64,000 nt of DNA from Candidatus Heimdallarchaeota archaeon (GTDB taxonomy: Archaea; Asgardarchaeota; Heimdallarchaeia; JABLTI01), in contig JABCTZ010000003.1 of NCBI GenBank assembly GCA_018238155.1, positions 96,001 to 160,000 on the forward strand, in the 5' to 3' direction. Numbering within the stretch: the first letter of the stretch is position 1; each line of letters opens with the position of its first letter. A program made the translations under genes and the position numbers. The notes below the pieces were generated by a model, which made no database searches, was not told where the DNA came from, and saw only the letters and a list, made by a program, of their open reading frames with translations. This document shows, in pieces, positions 17,592 to 28,646 of this stretch.

Positions 17592-20333
17592 ATGGTGAAA
17601 CTTCTTTCATACCCGAAATATGCACTGAAATCAATCCGTGCAAAGAAATTCAGGTTCTTCCTTGGAATACTAGCGCTAGCTATTGCAATCGGAATGTTTG
17701 GTGTTTCTAATGTTATTGTAGATGCAATATCTTTGTCATATCTTCCTAGGATTTCAGAACAAACCGGTCAAGTTGATATTCGCGTGGAAAATTACAATAT
17801 AACCGATATTCCGCCAATTTATGATTATGAATCTTTAATTGATGAGATAAACACCATTTCAAAAGTTGCTGGGGCAGCTCCTCGTTATGAATTGCCTGGT
17901 GCTCGCTTTCAAGGAAAGAATAAGAATTTTACCGTGACTTTTTTAGGAATTAATCCTACTCAAGAGAAAGCAATAGGTTTTGGTGACCTTGAATTATCTT
18001 CTGCAGCAGATCTAGGTATCCTTCCTGTTAATCATTGTTGGGTACGTGAGGAAATTGCTCAAGCCTTAGAATTAGAAATTGGTTCACAATATACAATTGA
18101 AATCAGCTTTACCAAGATAAATATTACATTGGATGCTACTTTTGTAAACAAAGGTATGCTCCCTTCTGATAAAGAAAACATGGTTCTGGTTAATATTGAA
18201 ACATTGGAGCCTTTTGTTGGTGGTCCTGGAATTGCTACTGAAATAGTTGCTCAATTTGCTAATCGAGATGAAATCTATGACATCAATAAACCTGATGAAA
18301 CTATCGCCAAAGCAAAAGAGATTGGTGTACTTGTTCAAGACACAATTGGAACAGGTTATCAAGTATATTTACCAATTGCTAGTGCCTTGGAAAATAGAGG
18401 AACAGGATTAGTTTTTCTCCGGATTTTGTTTAATTCCCTTTCAGCTTTAAGTTTGATTGTAAGTGGTTTTCTGATTTTCTCTCTAATGACTGTTAGTGTT
18501 GAAGAAAAGACTCGAGAATTTGCTTTGTATAGAACCATTGGCGCAAAACGAAGACAAATCTTCATCTTGGTTCTTTTTGAAGCAAGTTTTACTTGTTTAA
18601 CGGGATCTGTTATTGGTATTGGTTTTAGCTATTTGCTTGCTTATTTTGTGAAGTTGTTCCTTCAAAGCAGTGACATCGATATTTCCTTCACTCTCTCACC
18701 AATAATGGTACTATATTCTGTACTTCTGGGCATTGGAGTGGCGATACTTGCTTCTCTCTTTCCTGCTTTACGAGCAATGAGAAAGAGTATTATTAGTGGT
18801 TTAAATCCTTTGAAAGCTGATGCACCTGATTTAAAGCTTGTAAGAGATCGAGGTCCTAACAAAACATTGTTTTTAGTAGGTTTTTCAATATCAGTTGCTT
18901 CAGGGCTAATATTTTTATTGATTCCAATCATGACTATTTCTTCTTCAGATACTTTATTTTTCACTATCCTCTTAATGTTGTTCTTTGGCTTTGGTTTTGG
19001 CCTTTCTTTAATTATCGTTGGGGTTATTGAACCCGTAGTTGAAAATTTCTTTTTATTTATCATCAAACCTATTTTCAAAAAGACGAACAAAATCGTTCAT
19101 ATGTTTCTAAAACGAAATCGAAGAAGAAATGCGATAACTGCAATGATGTTTATCATTTCCTTTGGAACAACTATGGTCATTTCAACTACTTTTCTAGTTC
19201 AGGACCAAGGCTTAATTGAGAACATCGGTTCACTAACCGGGTCAGATATCACTCTATTTGATTCTACCTATGATATTAATGGTTCTGAAATAATGGATAC
19301 AATTGTTGAAGAATTCGATGATGTGATTTCAGGTTCATTTAGCACTCTGCCCATTAGCTCTGTTTTGACTGGTTTATGGAGTGTTGCTGGTGATCAGATA
19401 TTCTTTGAATCGTATGGTGTTAGTGTACTAGGTGTGCCGTCTAATTTTATTGAACCACTTTATGATGATTTGATAGTTTATTCAGAAGGAACAGATGCAA
19501 TGTTTGAGGATTTGCAAGAGAATAATACTGTAATAATTAGTACTGCTTTAGCAAAAGAATTAGAACTAGGCATAGGCGATACACTACGACTCAAACTATT
19601 AACTCTAAACCCTGTATTGATTGAATTAGGATATACTCATGATGTATTTCTAGACATTGTTGGAGTAGCATCAAAAATACCTGGGATGACGGGTATTCAT
19701 GAACAAGAACGCTTTGCCTCACGCTCAACTATTCTTATTGGCGAAGATACTTGGTCGTATTTAACCGATTTAGATTTCCAAGATAGTGCCTATAGGATCT
19801 TCTTAGAAACTTCTTCACCAGAGGTAGCTGAAACTGTGGGTCAAGAATTACGAAGAAGATATGAAAGTAATGCTTTGTACGTGCTTATCGAAAAGGAATT
19901 AGTTGACAGAATTGCAGAAGATAATCAAACAAGAGTAATTCTGGTAAATGTTATGATGGTATTTACAATTGTAATTGCTCTATTTGGTGTCTTTGCTTCA
20001 ACATATAGTAATGTTGCTGAATCCCATAAAACCATTGGAATCCTCAAAGCAATTGGCTTGAAAAATCGAGATGTCGATGGAATATTCGTCCTGGAATCAA
20101 CAATTCTTACTGTAAGCTCTTGCGTGTTAGGAGGACTAATGGGATACTTCCTTGGATATTATCTTTACCTTATCGATGCTATAGAACATGAATGGAAAAT
20201 CCCTCTGGTCACTCCACCTTTGATAAGCATTCTTTCTCTTGTTTTTGCTATGTTATTAGCTGGACTTGGAGCATTTATAGCTACTCGAGTCATTTCAAGA
20301 AAATCTGCTAGTGAATTAATTAGAGTAGAGTAG
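17592..20333 (+). CDS. FtsX/MacB-like ABC permease (two repeats)
   Basis: SVEEKTREFALYRTIGA and IGILKAIG motifs, large extracellular loops, adjacent to the ATPase. Confidence 0.9.
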   Translation: MVKLLSYPKYALKSIRAKKFRFFLGILALAIAIGMFGVSNVIVDAISLSYLPRISEQTGQVDIRVENYNITDIPPIYDYESLIDEINTISKVAGAAPRYELPGARFQGKNKNFTVTFLGINPTQEKAIGFGDLELSSAADLGILPVNHCWVREEIAQALELEIGSQYTIEISFTKINITLDATFVNKGMLPSDKENMVLVNIETLEPFVGGPGIATEIVAQFANRDEIYDINKPDETIAKAKEIGVLVQDTIGTGYQVYLPIASALENRGTGLVFLRILFNSLSALSLIVSGFLIFSLMTVSVEEKTREFALYRTIGAKRRQIFILVLFEASFTCLTGSVIGIGFSYLLAYFVKLFLQSSDIDISFTLSPIMVLYSVLLGIGVAILASLFPALRAMRKSIISGLNPLKADAPDLKLVRDRGPNKTLFLVGFSISVASGLIFLLIPIMTISSSDTLFFTILLMLFFGFGFGLSLIIVGVIEPVVENFFLFIIKPIFKKTNKIVHMFLKRNRRRNAITAMMFIISFGTTMVISTTFLVQDQGLIENIGSLTGSDITLFDSTYDINGSEIMDTIVEEFDDVISGSFSTLPISSVLTGLWSVAGDQIFFESYGVSVLGVPSNFIEPLYDDLIVYSEGTDAMFEDLQENNTVIISTALAKELELGIGDTLRLKLLTLNPVLIELGYTHDVFLDIVGVASKIPGMTGIHEQERFASRSTILIGEDTWSYLTDLDFQDSAYRIFLETSSPEVAETVGQELRRRYESNALYVLIEKELVDRIAEDNQTRVILVNVMMVFTIVIALFGVFASTYSNVAESHKTIGILKAIGLKNRDVDGIFVLESTILTVSSCVLGGLMGYFLGYYLYLIDAIEHEWKIPLVTPPLISILSLVFAMLLAGLGAFIATRVISRKSASELIRVE

Positions 20334-20409
20334 GGGAATTCTTTTCTATTTTCTACTGTTTTTTCCCCTATTTCACGAACTCTTAAATAATCTCAAAATT
20401 AATGTTGAA

Positions 20410-21003
20410 ATGAATAAGTACAAGGTATGCTTAATTATGCGATTCCATAAGAAATTAGTTGGGAAAAAATGTTATCTCTCTTCCATTAGCTTGGATGATG
20501 CAGAAAAATGGACTGAATGGTTTAATGATTTAGAAGTTACTATACCACTTGGTGATGAAGCTTATTTACCAACTTCTGTTGACAATCAAAAAGCAACAAT
20601 TGCTGAATTACTAAAAAACAATTCTTATTTCTTCAATATTGTTGTCCTAAAATCAGATGAGCTTATTGGTCGAGTGGGCTTATTTCAGGTTAATAAAACA
20701 GATCGCTGTGCTATGTTTGGTATTGTAATCGGAGAAAAAAATTATTGGAATAAGGGTTATGGACAAGACGCCACTAAATTAATGGTAGATTACGGATTTA
20801 ATCTATTGAATCTACATAATATAATGCTTGGAGTTTTTGCTTACAATATACGCGCCACTAAATGCTACGAAAAAGTCGGTTTTAAAGAAATCGGAAGACG
20901 CCGACAAGCAAGAATCATTGGTGGTAAGAAGTATGATGTAATATTAATGGACATTCTTGCAGATGAATTTACCTCGGTCTATGTTAAAAAGTTGATTGAA
21001 TAA
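20410..21003 (+). CDS. GNAT N-acetyltransferase (RimJ/RimL type)
   Basis: YWNKGYG, YNIRATKCYEKVGF. Confidence 0.9.
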   Translation: MNKYKVCLIMRFHKKLVGKKCYLSSISLDDAEKWTEWFNDLEVTIPLGDEAYLPTSVDNQKATIAELLKNNSYFFNIVVLKSDELIGRVGLFQVNKTDRCAMFGIVIGEKNYWNKGYGQDATKLMVDYGFNLLNLHNIMLGVFAYNIRATKCYEKVGFKEIGRRRQARIIGGKKYDVILMDILADEFTSVYVKKLIE

Positions 21004-21179
21004 TCATTATTGTTTTTAGTAGAAATAAGTCATAGCTTATTCTCTTTCTTTGCCAAATTAATTTATTGATTCACTCTATTATGACATTCGAATGGAATTC
21101 GATTCTCATTTTAATGTTCTTACCTTCTTAAAAAAATGAGCTATATCGTTTCACTATCATTCAACTGAACGTGGTTAGT

Positions 21180-21640
21180 ATGTACAAAAAAACAATTTGA
21201 CTATTATGCTAATTATTTTTGGATGTGGTCTTTTTTTCTTTAGTAATTCTTACAGAGGGAACACAGCTCAAGCAGTTAATCTAAATACTGTTTCAAAACA
21301 GATGATCAATGAATGAGAAATATCAAATCATCTTAACTTTTCCACTTTTTTTGGAGGAAGTAGTGATGATATTGGTCAAAAGATAGCTGTTACCTCTACT
21401 GGAAATATTGTTGTTTCTGGTTATACTACCTCTGGAAACTTTCCAGTAGCTGATGCTTATCAAGACACAAATGCAGGAAGCTATGATATGTATATTACCA
21501 TGTTCAATCTAAATCTAACCCGTCCACCTGAAACACCAAGCACTTCAACAGGTTCTTCAATGATTTTTATTGCACCACTTATAATACCTTTAGTTCTATT
21601 CTTTGGATTTCTATATAATCATCAAAAGAGTCGAAAATAA
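21180..21640 (+). pseudogene. Degraded SBBP beta-propeller-repeat surface protein
   Basis: Signal-peptide-like start with a frameshift in an A-run, an in-frame TGA, one repeat (FSTFFGGSSDDIGQKIAVTSTGNIVVSGYTTSGNFP) and a C-terminal anchor helix. Confidence 0.65.
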
Positions 21641-21791
21641 TCTTTTTTTGAGGTAGAACTATCTACCTCTTCCTTTTCTTTTCTAACCATTAATTTACAA
21701 CTAGCTCTTTTTTCAAACTTAAAATTAATGCTTATAGTTAATAAATAAATAAAAAAATTAAAAAGAAAAATGCTTTTCCAAAAAACCAAAT

Positions 21792-23045
21792 TTAACCTGA
21801 TTTTTTAGAAATTCTTTCTTTTCGTTTTTCTGCTTTAGCAAATCTTTTCTCTTCTTTTTCTTTGCTTCTCTCTTCCAAATATTTTTTATGTTCCTTTGGA
21901 TTGACTATGTATTTTTCACCACTAATTAATCCTATTAACCAGCTTAGGAATGCTAAGAGCAATATCCCATTTGCAAACCCTATTATGAGGAGTACTATTG
22001 GGTAAACAAGCGCTTCATTAACTATTTCATTTCCATCTATTGCATTGGCGATAACTAAAGTTATCACAGTAGCAATGATCCAAAATGTTACAATTGTACT
22101 ATAGAGAACAACTCTGTAGAAGAATCGCTTTTGATAATGTATGAGTTTGTCATTCCCAAAGGTAAACTTGGAAATTCCTTTTTGAAATGTATGATAGACA
22201 TTTTTCATCCATCCCCAAACAATCTTTGGAAAAGTAAAAATTGAAATAAAGAATGCTTTTACTTTCTTCATAAATTTCCCTGCGAAATCTACTTCGCTAA
22301 ATATGACCGCTAAAATGACTATTCCAACACCCAATACAATTAGTATTACTAATGGAACCCAAAAGCTGTCTCCAGAGAAGAAAAAGGTAAAAGCAGCTGC
22401 AATCCCTTTCCCGATGTTCACTAAGATAAATTCCCAGATTACTGTAACAAAAATTGCGTTAAGAATAGCGACAAAGAGTGCCCAGGCAATACTCCATTCG
22501 AAATTAACAAAGAAATTTCTAAATGATAACCAAACTTCGTCCATGAAATCAAATGAAATGAATATTGCAATTACTGCTCCTAATGTTCCCGCAATAAAAT
22601 AAAACATTGGAAGTGATCTTAAGAATCCTACTTCATTGATATATCCTTCTGGTATTGTATCACCATCTTCTATTTCAAATAAAGTACGATCTAAATCTTC
22701 CTTATCGTTTCTAGATAGAAATTTGAATGTATCTCTGATTTTCCAATAAGCGTAAATATATGGAAACATGATGATTTTTATTATTATCCAGAAGAAAAGA
22801 CCTATGCCACGTAAAATTCTCAAAGGATGATAAAATTTCTTTTCTTTGATTTTTTCCTTTCTTTCTCTACGTTTTTGTGCTCGTCCTTGTTGTCGTTTCG
22901 TTCTTTTTTGAGCTCCAGTAAGTTCTTCTGTATCTTTGTTTTTCTCTTCTTTTTGCTCTTTTTTGGCTTTAACTTTCGTTTCTTCCTTCTCCGTCTCATC
23001 ATTTGTCATAATTATTATCTCCTGAGATTTTACAAAAAATATCAA
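21792..23045 (-). CDS. Multi-pass membrane protein with Lys/Glu-rich termini
   Basis: About 6 hydrophobic segments and charged ends. Confidence 0.65.
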   Translation of the reverse strand: MIFFVKSQEIIIMTNDETEKEETKVKAKKEQKEEKNKDTEELTGAQKRTKRQQGRAQKRRERKEKIKEKKFYHPLRILRGIGLFFWIIIKIIMFPYIYAYWKIRDTFKFLSRNDKEDLDRTLFEIEDGDTIPEGYINEVGFLRSLPMFYFIAGTLGAVIAIFISFDFMDEVWLSFRNFFVNFEWSIAWALFVAILNAIFVTVIWEFILVNIGKGIAAAFTFFFSGDSFWVPLVILIVLGVGIVILAVIFSEVDFAGKFMKKVKAFFISIFTFPKIVWGWMKNVYHTFQKGISKFTFGNDKLIHYQKRFFYRVVLYSTIVTFWIIATVITLVIANAIDGNEIVNEALVYPIVLLIIGFANGILLLAFLSWLIGLISGEKYIVNPKEHKKYLEERSKEKEEKRFAKAEKRKERISKKSG

Positions 23046-23473
23046 TTTTTTACGTACAAATTTGCTATTTTTATAGTTGAATTAAAGTTCAAAAAGGTTA
23101 TGTGTTTGATTAGCATAATTTTGTTTTTTTTAAAATCGAGATGAATAGTAATAACCAAATCTCAAAATAATTTTCTTGGAACAATCTTGTATTACACTTT
23201 TTATTCTTGCTTTAGCACTCTTTGTAGACACACTTCTCAATTGTCCTATACTCTGAGCAATCATTTGTTTTTAAAATAGTTCTACATCGTAGTAGCCTTT
23301 CTCGAATTGTTGGTTTTAGTAACGGCAAAAATAATTTCAGCTCTAAGAGGACCAGAAATTCATTTATGTTTCTCTAGCAGTTATGGGTTTTCTTGTTGAA
23401 GAAACGTATTCCCATAATACTAAATAAATAACTAAATATACACCTGACTAAAATCTTTCACAAGGTTAGTACA

Positions 23474-24535
23474 TTGCCTTACAAATCAGAGATATTAATT
23501 ACAAAGAAACAAGTTGATTCCATATTTCTCTCCCGCTTTCCACAAGAAAAAATAGTTGCTATTCAAGAGCTTTCTCAATCATTCATCAATCCTGTTTATA
23601 GTGTTACTCTGAATAATTCACAAGATTATATTTTGAAAATTAATAACCCTCATTGGCCAACCAAACAGAGAAGAGAACTATTTGCTATGGAATTAGCAAG
23701 AAAGAAAACTACTATTCCAATCCCTAAAATTTACCTGTCAAGCTTTGATAAATTATTAATTCCATTTAATTATATGATTCAAGAAAAGCTGCCTGGTAAT
23801 GAATTGAGGGCAAATATTAGCTCACATCTTCACTCTGAGAAAGAATTACTGACCATTATCGAAAAGCTAGGCGCTTATCTAGGAGAATTACATTCAATCA
23901 AATTTGATCTCTTTGGTGACTTCACTCATTTTGATTCTGAAATTATTTCACAAGAAGGATCAAGAAGAGATCTGTTTTGGAATAATCAATTCTCAGATTG
24001 GCGTTCTTGTTTCAAAGCTTTCTGTTATGATAATTTGAATTGGGTGGATACTTCTAGCTTTCCACAATATAGACGAAAAATAATTTCTAAAATTGATTAT
24101 TATTCAAAGAAAGTACACAATGCTGAATCAGCTTGCTTTATTCACTCAGACATTCAACCTTCAAATATATTGATTGATGTAAACAAAATTACCGGTATTA
24201 TTGATTTTGAATGGTCTTTTGCCGGATCTGCTAGTTTTGAGTTTGCTTTGGTGTTAGCCGGAATATGTTTCCGTTCATTTCCTTCTCTAGAACAAAGTTC
24301 GTTCTTGTCTTCTTTTTCCGGATCAAAAACAGGTGATATCAAGAAATACTTTACTAGAGGTTATCGTACTACATCCAAAGAGTCACTATATGAAGAACCT
24401 GAAGATTTAACAAATTTCATTTGGCTTCTATTTATGCTTGGTTCTTGGGATTGGTCTGTAAAATCATCGACAACTGATGAAGTTCATGAACTTGAAAAGA
24501 GCATTCATAAATTGTTTAAACAACTAATTGAATAA
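23474..24535 (+). CDS. Aminoglycoside phosphotransferase/choline kinase family protein
   Basis: YILKI, HSDIQPSNIL, GIIDFEW. Confidence 0.85.
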   Translation: MPYKSEILITKKQVDSIFLSRFPQEKIVAIQELSQSFINPVYSVTLNNSQDYILKINNPHWPTKQRRELFAMELARKKTTIPIPKIYLSSFDKLLIPFNYMIQEKLPGNELRANISSHLHSEKELLTIIEKLGAYLGELHSIKFDLFGDFTHFDSEIISQEGSRRDLFWNNQFSDWRSCFKAFCYDNLNWVDTSSFPQYRRKIISKIDYYSKKVHNAESACFIHSDIQPSNILIDVNKITGIIDFEWSFAGSASFEFALVLAGICFRSFPSLEQSSFLSSFSGSKTGDIKKYFTRGYRTTSKESLYEEPEDLTNFIWLLFMLGSWDWSVKSSTTDEVHELEKSIHKLFKQLIE

Positions 24536-24636
24536 TCTATTTTTTTAACATAACAAATAATTTTATATTCTCTACTATTGATGGGCTATATTGGGGGGTT
24601 ATAAATCCCCAATAACTATGCGAAGGATAAGTAAAA

Positions 24637-25896
24637 ATGCACCAAAGACAAATGAAAATTTTTTTGATTATTGTATCAGTACTAATTCTCCCTTTGAATA
24701 ATTCTAAGTTAACTCATACTAACAACATTTCTGGTTGCTCTAATTCTCCCATGTTTCAACAAATAATAATTAATGCTGACGGAACTCAAGAGCTAATTAT
24801 TTATACTCATGATAGTTTTTTAGCGTGGGGTTTGGATCCCGAGACGACACTAAATACCGCTTTTTATGATTGGGGTGTTGCTAACGACGTTACAATAAAC
24901 CTTAAACTATTTAGTGGAATGGTTGATGCTCTTAACAATCTTATTATTGAGAAAGATGCTCCGGTAGCTGATGTTGTTATTGGTTTGGATTCAATAATGA
25001 TCAATCGAGCTAAAGAAGCTGAAGTTTTAATGCCTTATACGGATGCTAATTTAGAGAATATTACAACTTCACTTATTACTGCTCTTGATTCGGAAAAATA
25101 TCTACTACCAATTGATTATGGATTAATCGCTTTTGTTTTTGATACTGAATTTATTACTGCAGCAAATTATCCTGAAATAACCGATTTAACTTTTGATCAT
25201 CTCCTATCAACTTTTGGCAAAGATTTTGTCGTTCAAGATCCAACTTTAAGCGCAACTGGCATAAACTTCCTTCTCTATCAAATTCTCTTTTATGAAGAAA
25301 TATTGGGTCTAGATTGGAAGAGTTGGTGGGAGGCAGCAAAAGGATCAGTAACTATTAGTCGAAGCTGGACTGATTCTTGGGGTCGTGTTTTTGATACCAA
25401 GGAAGATCACATGATGGTTTCTTATGGAACAGACCCTGCTTATAATGCTCATATATGGGGCATTTTCGAACAAAATGCTGCAATAATTAGTAAAGATTCC
25501 ACAAAATATAGTTGGATGCAAATTGAAGGGATAGGATTAGTTAATGGTGCAACAAATGTTACTTTAGCGAAATCCTATATTGATTTTGCTCTAAGTCCAG
25601 ATATGCAAAATCTTATCGCTCAAAATAATTGGATGTTTCCGGCTAATACCGAAGTTGTATTACCTTCTAGCTATGCTTATGCTATTACAGCTGAAAACGT
25701 CACTATTTTGAATGATCTTGTTACATCGGATTACATTGGTGCTAATTATCAAATATGGTTGAATGAATGGGAACAATTAGTATTCGATACTGGTTTCTGG
25801 TGGCTTTGGGTACTAATACCTGCTGTTGTCGTATTTATTGCAATAGTTACTACTGTTGTATTATTCACTCGTAACAAGAAATTAGATATTGAATGA
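24637..25896 (+). CDS. thiB: Thiamine ABC transporter substrate-binding protein with C-terminal anchor
   Basis: IYTHDSF, ADVVIGLD, DYGLIAFVFD, QDPTLSATG, VSYGTDPAY, QIEG, NWMFP. Confidence 0.8.
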   Translation: MHQRQMKIFLIIVSVLILPLNNSKLTHTNNISGCSNSPMFQQIIINADGTQELIIYTHDSFLAWGLDPETTLNTAFYDWGVANDVTINLKLFSGMVDALNNLIIEKDAPVADVVIGLDSIMINRAKEAEVLMPYTDANLENITTSLITALDSEKYLLPIDYGLIAFVFDTEFITAANYPEITDLTFDHLLSTFGKDFVVQDPTLSATGINFLLYQILFYEEILGLDWKSWWEAAKGSVTISRSWTDSWGRVFDTKEDHMMVSYGTDPAYNAHIWGIFEQNAAIISKDSTKYSWMQIEGIGLVNGATNVTLAKSYIDFALSPDMQNLIAQNNWMFPANTEVVLPSSYAYAITAENVTILNDLVTSDYIGANYQIWLNEWEQLVFDTGFWWLWVLIPAVVVFIAIVTTVVLFTRNKKLDIE

Positions 25897-25926
25897 AAAG
25901 AAAATGAAAGACAATCTTTCATTTAC

Positions 25927-26751
25927 TTATTTTTTCCCTGCACGGTTAATTTTTTTCCTTAATATTGGTCTTAATACGGCGTATCTTGCTTTCAATTGAA
26001 AATAGCGAACTTTTGAAAATGGTTTAACACAATGAAGACAAGAATCCATTATGCTCTCGAGATCTAATCCTTGTGGTTTTATCTCCTGATTTATGACTCC
26101 TTTGAATCCGATTCCTTTTAAAAAAAACAAAAAATCATTAAAGGGCATTTCTCCAAGACCAAGGGGGAGATGTGAATCGTCTTCTTTTGTGCCATCTTGT
26201 AGGTGTACGTAAACAATTTCTTTTACTAATTCTTTCGGTACATCTAACCAGTTTTTCCAATCAGTCAAGTATCGATGAGCAGCATCAATTGTATGCCCTG
26301 CCAATTTCTTCCCTAAAATATCTTTAGCTTTGAAATAGAAATCCATGAATTCATTATCAGGTTGCCAAGGGATGTTCTCTAAGACAATTGGTGTGTTTAT
26401 TCTTTGCAAACGTTCTATTAATAAATCAAAATTAGAATCTGGTGATTCAGGTGGATGCGAAAGAGTAAATAACATATTCATTTCTTTGTGATGTTCATTT
26501 ACAAAATCAATTACATTCTCTGCTTTCATTGCATTCTCTTTTTTTGAGGAACCTAAATCATATCCTTCTACTCCAAAAATGGGTAAATGAAAAGTTGTTG
26601 TTAACTTGCCTAAATTATTAATAACTCCAGCAATATCTGGAATAATCCTTTCATTTACTTCAACATGATCTAATTTTATTGCATGTGCAAATGGAATCAA
26701 ATCACCCGCAGTTATTCCCTCATAAGGTTCTATGGTTATTCCTATTTTCAT
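25927..26751 (-). CDS. Sugar-phosphate isomerase/epimerase, paralog of 15833-16696
   Basis: Shared TTTFHLPIF, TPIVLEN, HLPLGLGEMPFN, LHCxKPFSK. Confidence 0.8.
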   Translation of the reverse strand: MKIGITIEPYEGITAGDLIPFAHAIKLDHVEVNERIIPDIAGVINNLGKLTTTFHLPIFGVEGYDLGSSKKENAMKAENVIDFVNEHHKEMNMLFTLSHPPESPDSNFDLLIERLQRINTPIVLENIPWQPDNEFMDFYFKAKDILGKKLAGHTIDAAHRYLTDWKNWLDVPKELVKEIVYVHLQDGTKEDDSHLPLGLGEMPFNDFLFFLKGIGFKGVINQEIKPQGLDLESIMDSCLHCVKPFSKVRYFQLKARYAVLRPILRKKINRAGKK

Positions 26752-26822
26752 AATGAATTAAATCTGAATACTAAAAATAAAAGAGTTTTCGGTCAGCTTT
26801 ATACTGACCTTTTGTTAGATTA

Positions 26823-27503
26823 TTACAGTTTGATATATTTCTGAAGTTCGTTATGAATTTCTTTACAACGCTTATCTTCTGTTGCTGATTGATTAGCAAC
26901 AAAATTCAGAACATTACGAATTTTCTCTTCAGGAATATTTCCCTTAATGCTTTTAGCTATTTTTACATAAATACTATGTCGTCGAGAAGCCAATTCATTT
27001 GCTAGTTTTTGTGCTTCAATCAATTCTTTTTCTGAAAGGTTAAGCATAAAACCTTTATTTACAAAATACATCAGAGGTTCTATTACAAGACCTTCCTCTC
27101 TTTCAATCTCATCGATTGTACTTGCTAATACAAAAGCAGGTGCTGTTCGCTCATAATAAGTGATAGAAGTTCTCTTTTTCTTTTCTTCTTTTGCAATCCG
27201 AACAAAACCGTTTTCTAAAAGAAGATCCAAGTGATGATAGCATTTTGGTGCTGATACTCCCAGTTTTCTAGCAATTTCCGGAACAGTTATTTCTTTTCGA
27301 ATTGTTCCATCTTCGTTTTCAATCCCTTCACGCATTGTTCGTAAAATCTTACGTCTCATCGGATCTACAAGGATTTTGATTTTTTCTGGATCAGAAACAA
27401 CTTTAACTATATTCTCAGATATTTCGTCAACACTTTTGTTGGGGACCATTAATACTATTCCATCCTTTTTAATGTAAAATGTTTTTATTTTTTCTACTAC
27501 CAC
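26823..27503 (-). CDS. ArsR-like HTH regulator
   Basis: LVDPMRRKIL...TVPEIARKLG...YHHLDLL...GFV. Confidence 0.8.
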   Translation of the reverse strand: MVVEKIKTFYIKKDGIVLMVPNKSVDEISENIVKVVSDPEKIKILVDPMRRKILRTMREGIENEDGTIRKEITVPEIARKLGVSAPKCYHHLDLLLENGFVRIAKEEKKKRTSITYYERTAPAFVLASTIDEIEREEGLVIEPLMYFVNKGFMLNLSEKELIEAQKLANELASRRHSIYVKIAKSIKGNIPEEKIRNVLNFVANQSATEDKRCKEIHNELQKYIKL

Positions 27504-27620
27504 TTTCAGAGATGATGTTTCGCTATTATATATCTTGCTTTAGTAATTAATTTTGATTATTGCTTTAAAATGGTTTAACATTTAATATAATTTAAACGTT
27601 TTTTTCCATTCTGTTCATTT

Positions 27621-28634
27621 TTATCGTTTTTTAAGGTGCTTTACAATGATTTCAACTTTTTCATCAGGAACATTGATAGGTATTACACATCCTGGTGCGA
27701 TTATCAATCTTCGTCCATTTACAGAATCAATTACTTTTTGAATTGTATTTCTTAATTCCTCATCTGTTGAATTGAGCAAAAAGGTTTGTTCTTCTATTCC
27801 ACCCATTAATACACCATCAAATTTGGTGAATGCATTCTGAATTCTGGGTGTTGTTAATTGATCGTGCCAATTCAATGCTTCTGCCGGATAATTTTGTGCT
27901 ATGAGATCAAACATAATGTTGTTTCCATGAATGTGAATCATGTTGAATTTTGATTTGTTCTTGATTGCTTCTAGTATTTTTAAATCGTTTTTCATACCAA
28001 ATTCTTTGTACTGTTCTTCTGTTAAGAAATCATATGTTGCTTCTTGCGTTGCAATGAACATACCAATGGCTCCTTTCTCAACTGAAATTTGGGAGAATTC
28101 AATCATAGCCTTAGTAATAATTTTTAACCCTTCTTTTAAGGCAGAAGGGTTTTCCAACATTGTTTTCTTTACTAATTCTCTATTTTCCGCCAATTTTCCG
28201 GCAATCATTAGTGGATTGAATATTGTTTCAACAAAAGGAGTATCGTCCTTCAACCCTTCTCGAATTAAATCTAACGTTTTTAATTGTTCTCCAAACATAC
28301 CATCATTAACATCAAGCTCTTCTAAAGTTGCCCAATCATCCATAGTTTTTATTCTATAGCTTGTACAAAATGCAGAACCAGATACTTTCTTTTCATCAAA
28401 ATCTATTTCACATCCCCAATCCATGACGCAGTATCTTCCATTTGGACTAACTTTCATAATGATTGAATTGAATTTTTCATTGTATGCTAGTTGTTTTTTT
28501 GCTAATCTATCTGCATACAAATCATCTATTGGGAAATGCCTCCAAACGGCAAGCGGAGTTGTTTCTAATTCTTCTCCATTAATAACATCATTTAGCAATT
28601 CTCTCTTAGATTTCTTCATTGGTTTCTCTCTCAA
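27621..28634 (-). CDS. Uroporphyrinogen decarboxylase (URO-D/CIMS) family protein
   Basis: WRHFP, ETIFNP, IHIHG, LNWHD, IIAPGCVIP. Confidence 0.8.
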   Translation of the reverse strand: MREKPMKKSKRELLNDVINGEELETTPLAVWRHFPIDDLYADRLAKKQLAYNEKFNSIIMKVSPNGRYCVMDWGCEIDFDEKKVSGSAFCTSYRIKTMDDWATLEELDVNDGMFGEQLKTLDLIREGLKDDTPFVETIFNPLMIAGKLAENRELVKKTMLENPSALKEGLKIITKAMIEFSQISVEKGAIGMFIATQEATYDFLTEEQYKEFGMKNDLKILEAIKNKSKFNMIHIHGNNIMFDLIAQNYPAEALNWHDQLTTPRIQNAFTKFDGVLMGGIEEQTFLLNSTDEELRNTIQKVIDSVNGRRLIIAPGCVIPINVPDEKVEIIVKHLKKR

Positions 28635-28646
28635 AATAAAGCTCTT

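Noticed and set aside
24588-24630. Canonical TPP riboswitch upstream of thiB
   Set aside because: Too short and lacks the CTGAGA and ACCTG conserved segments; kept only as a hairpin.
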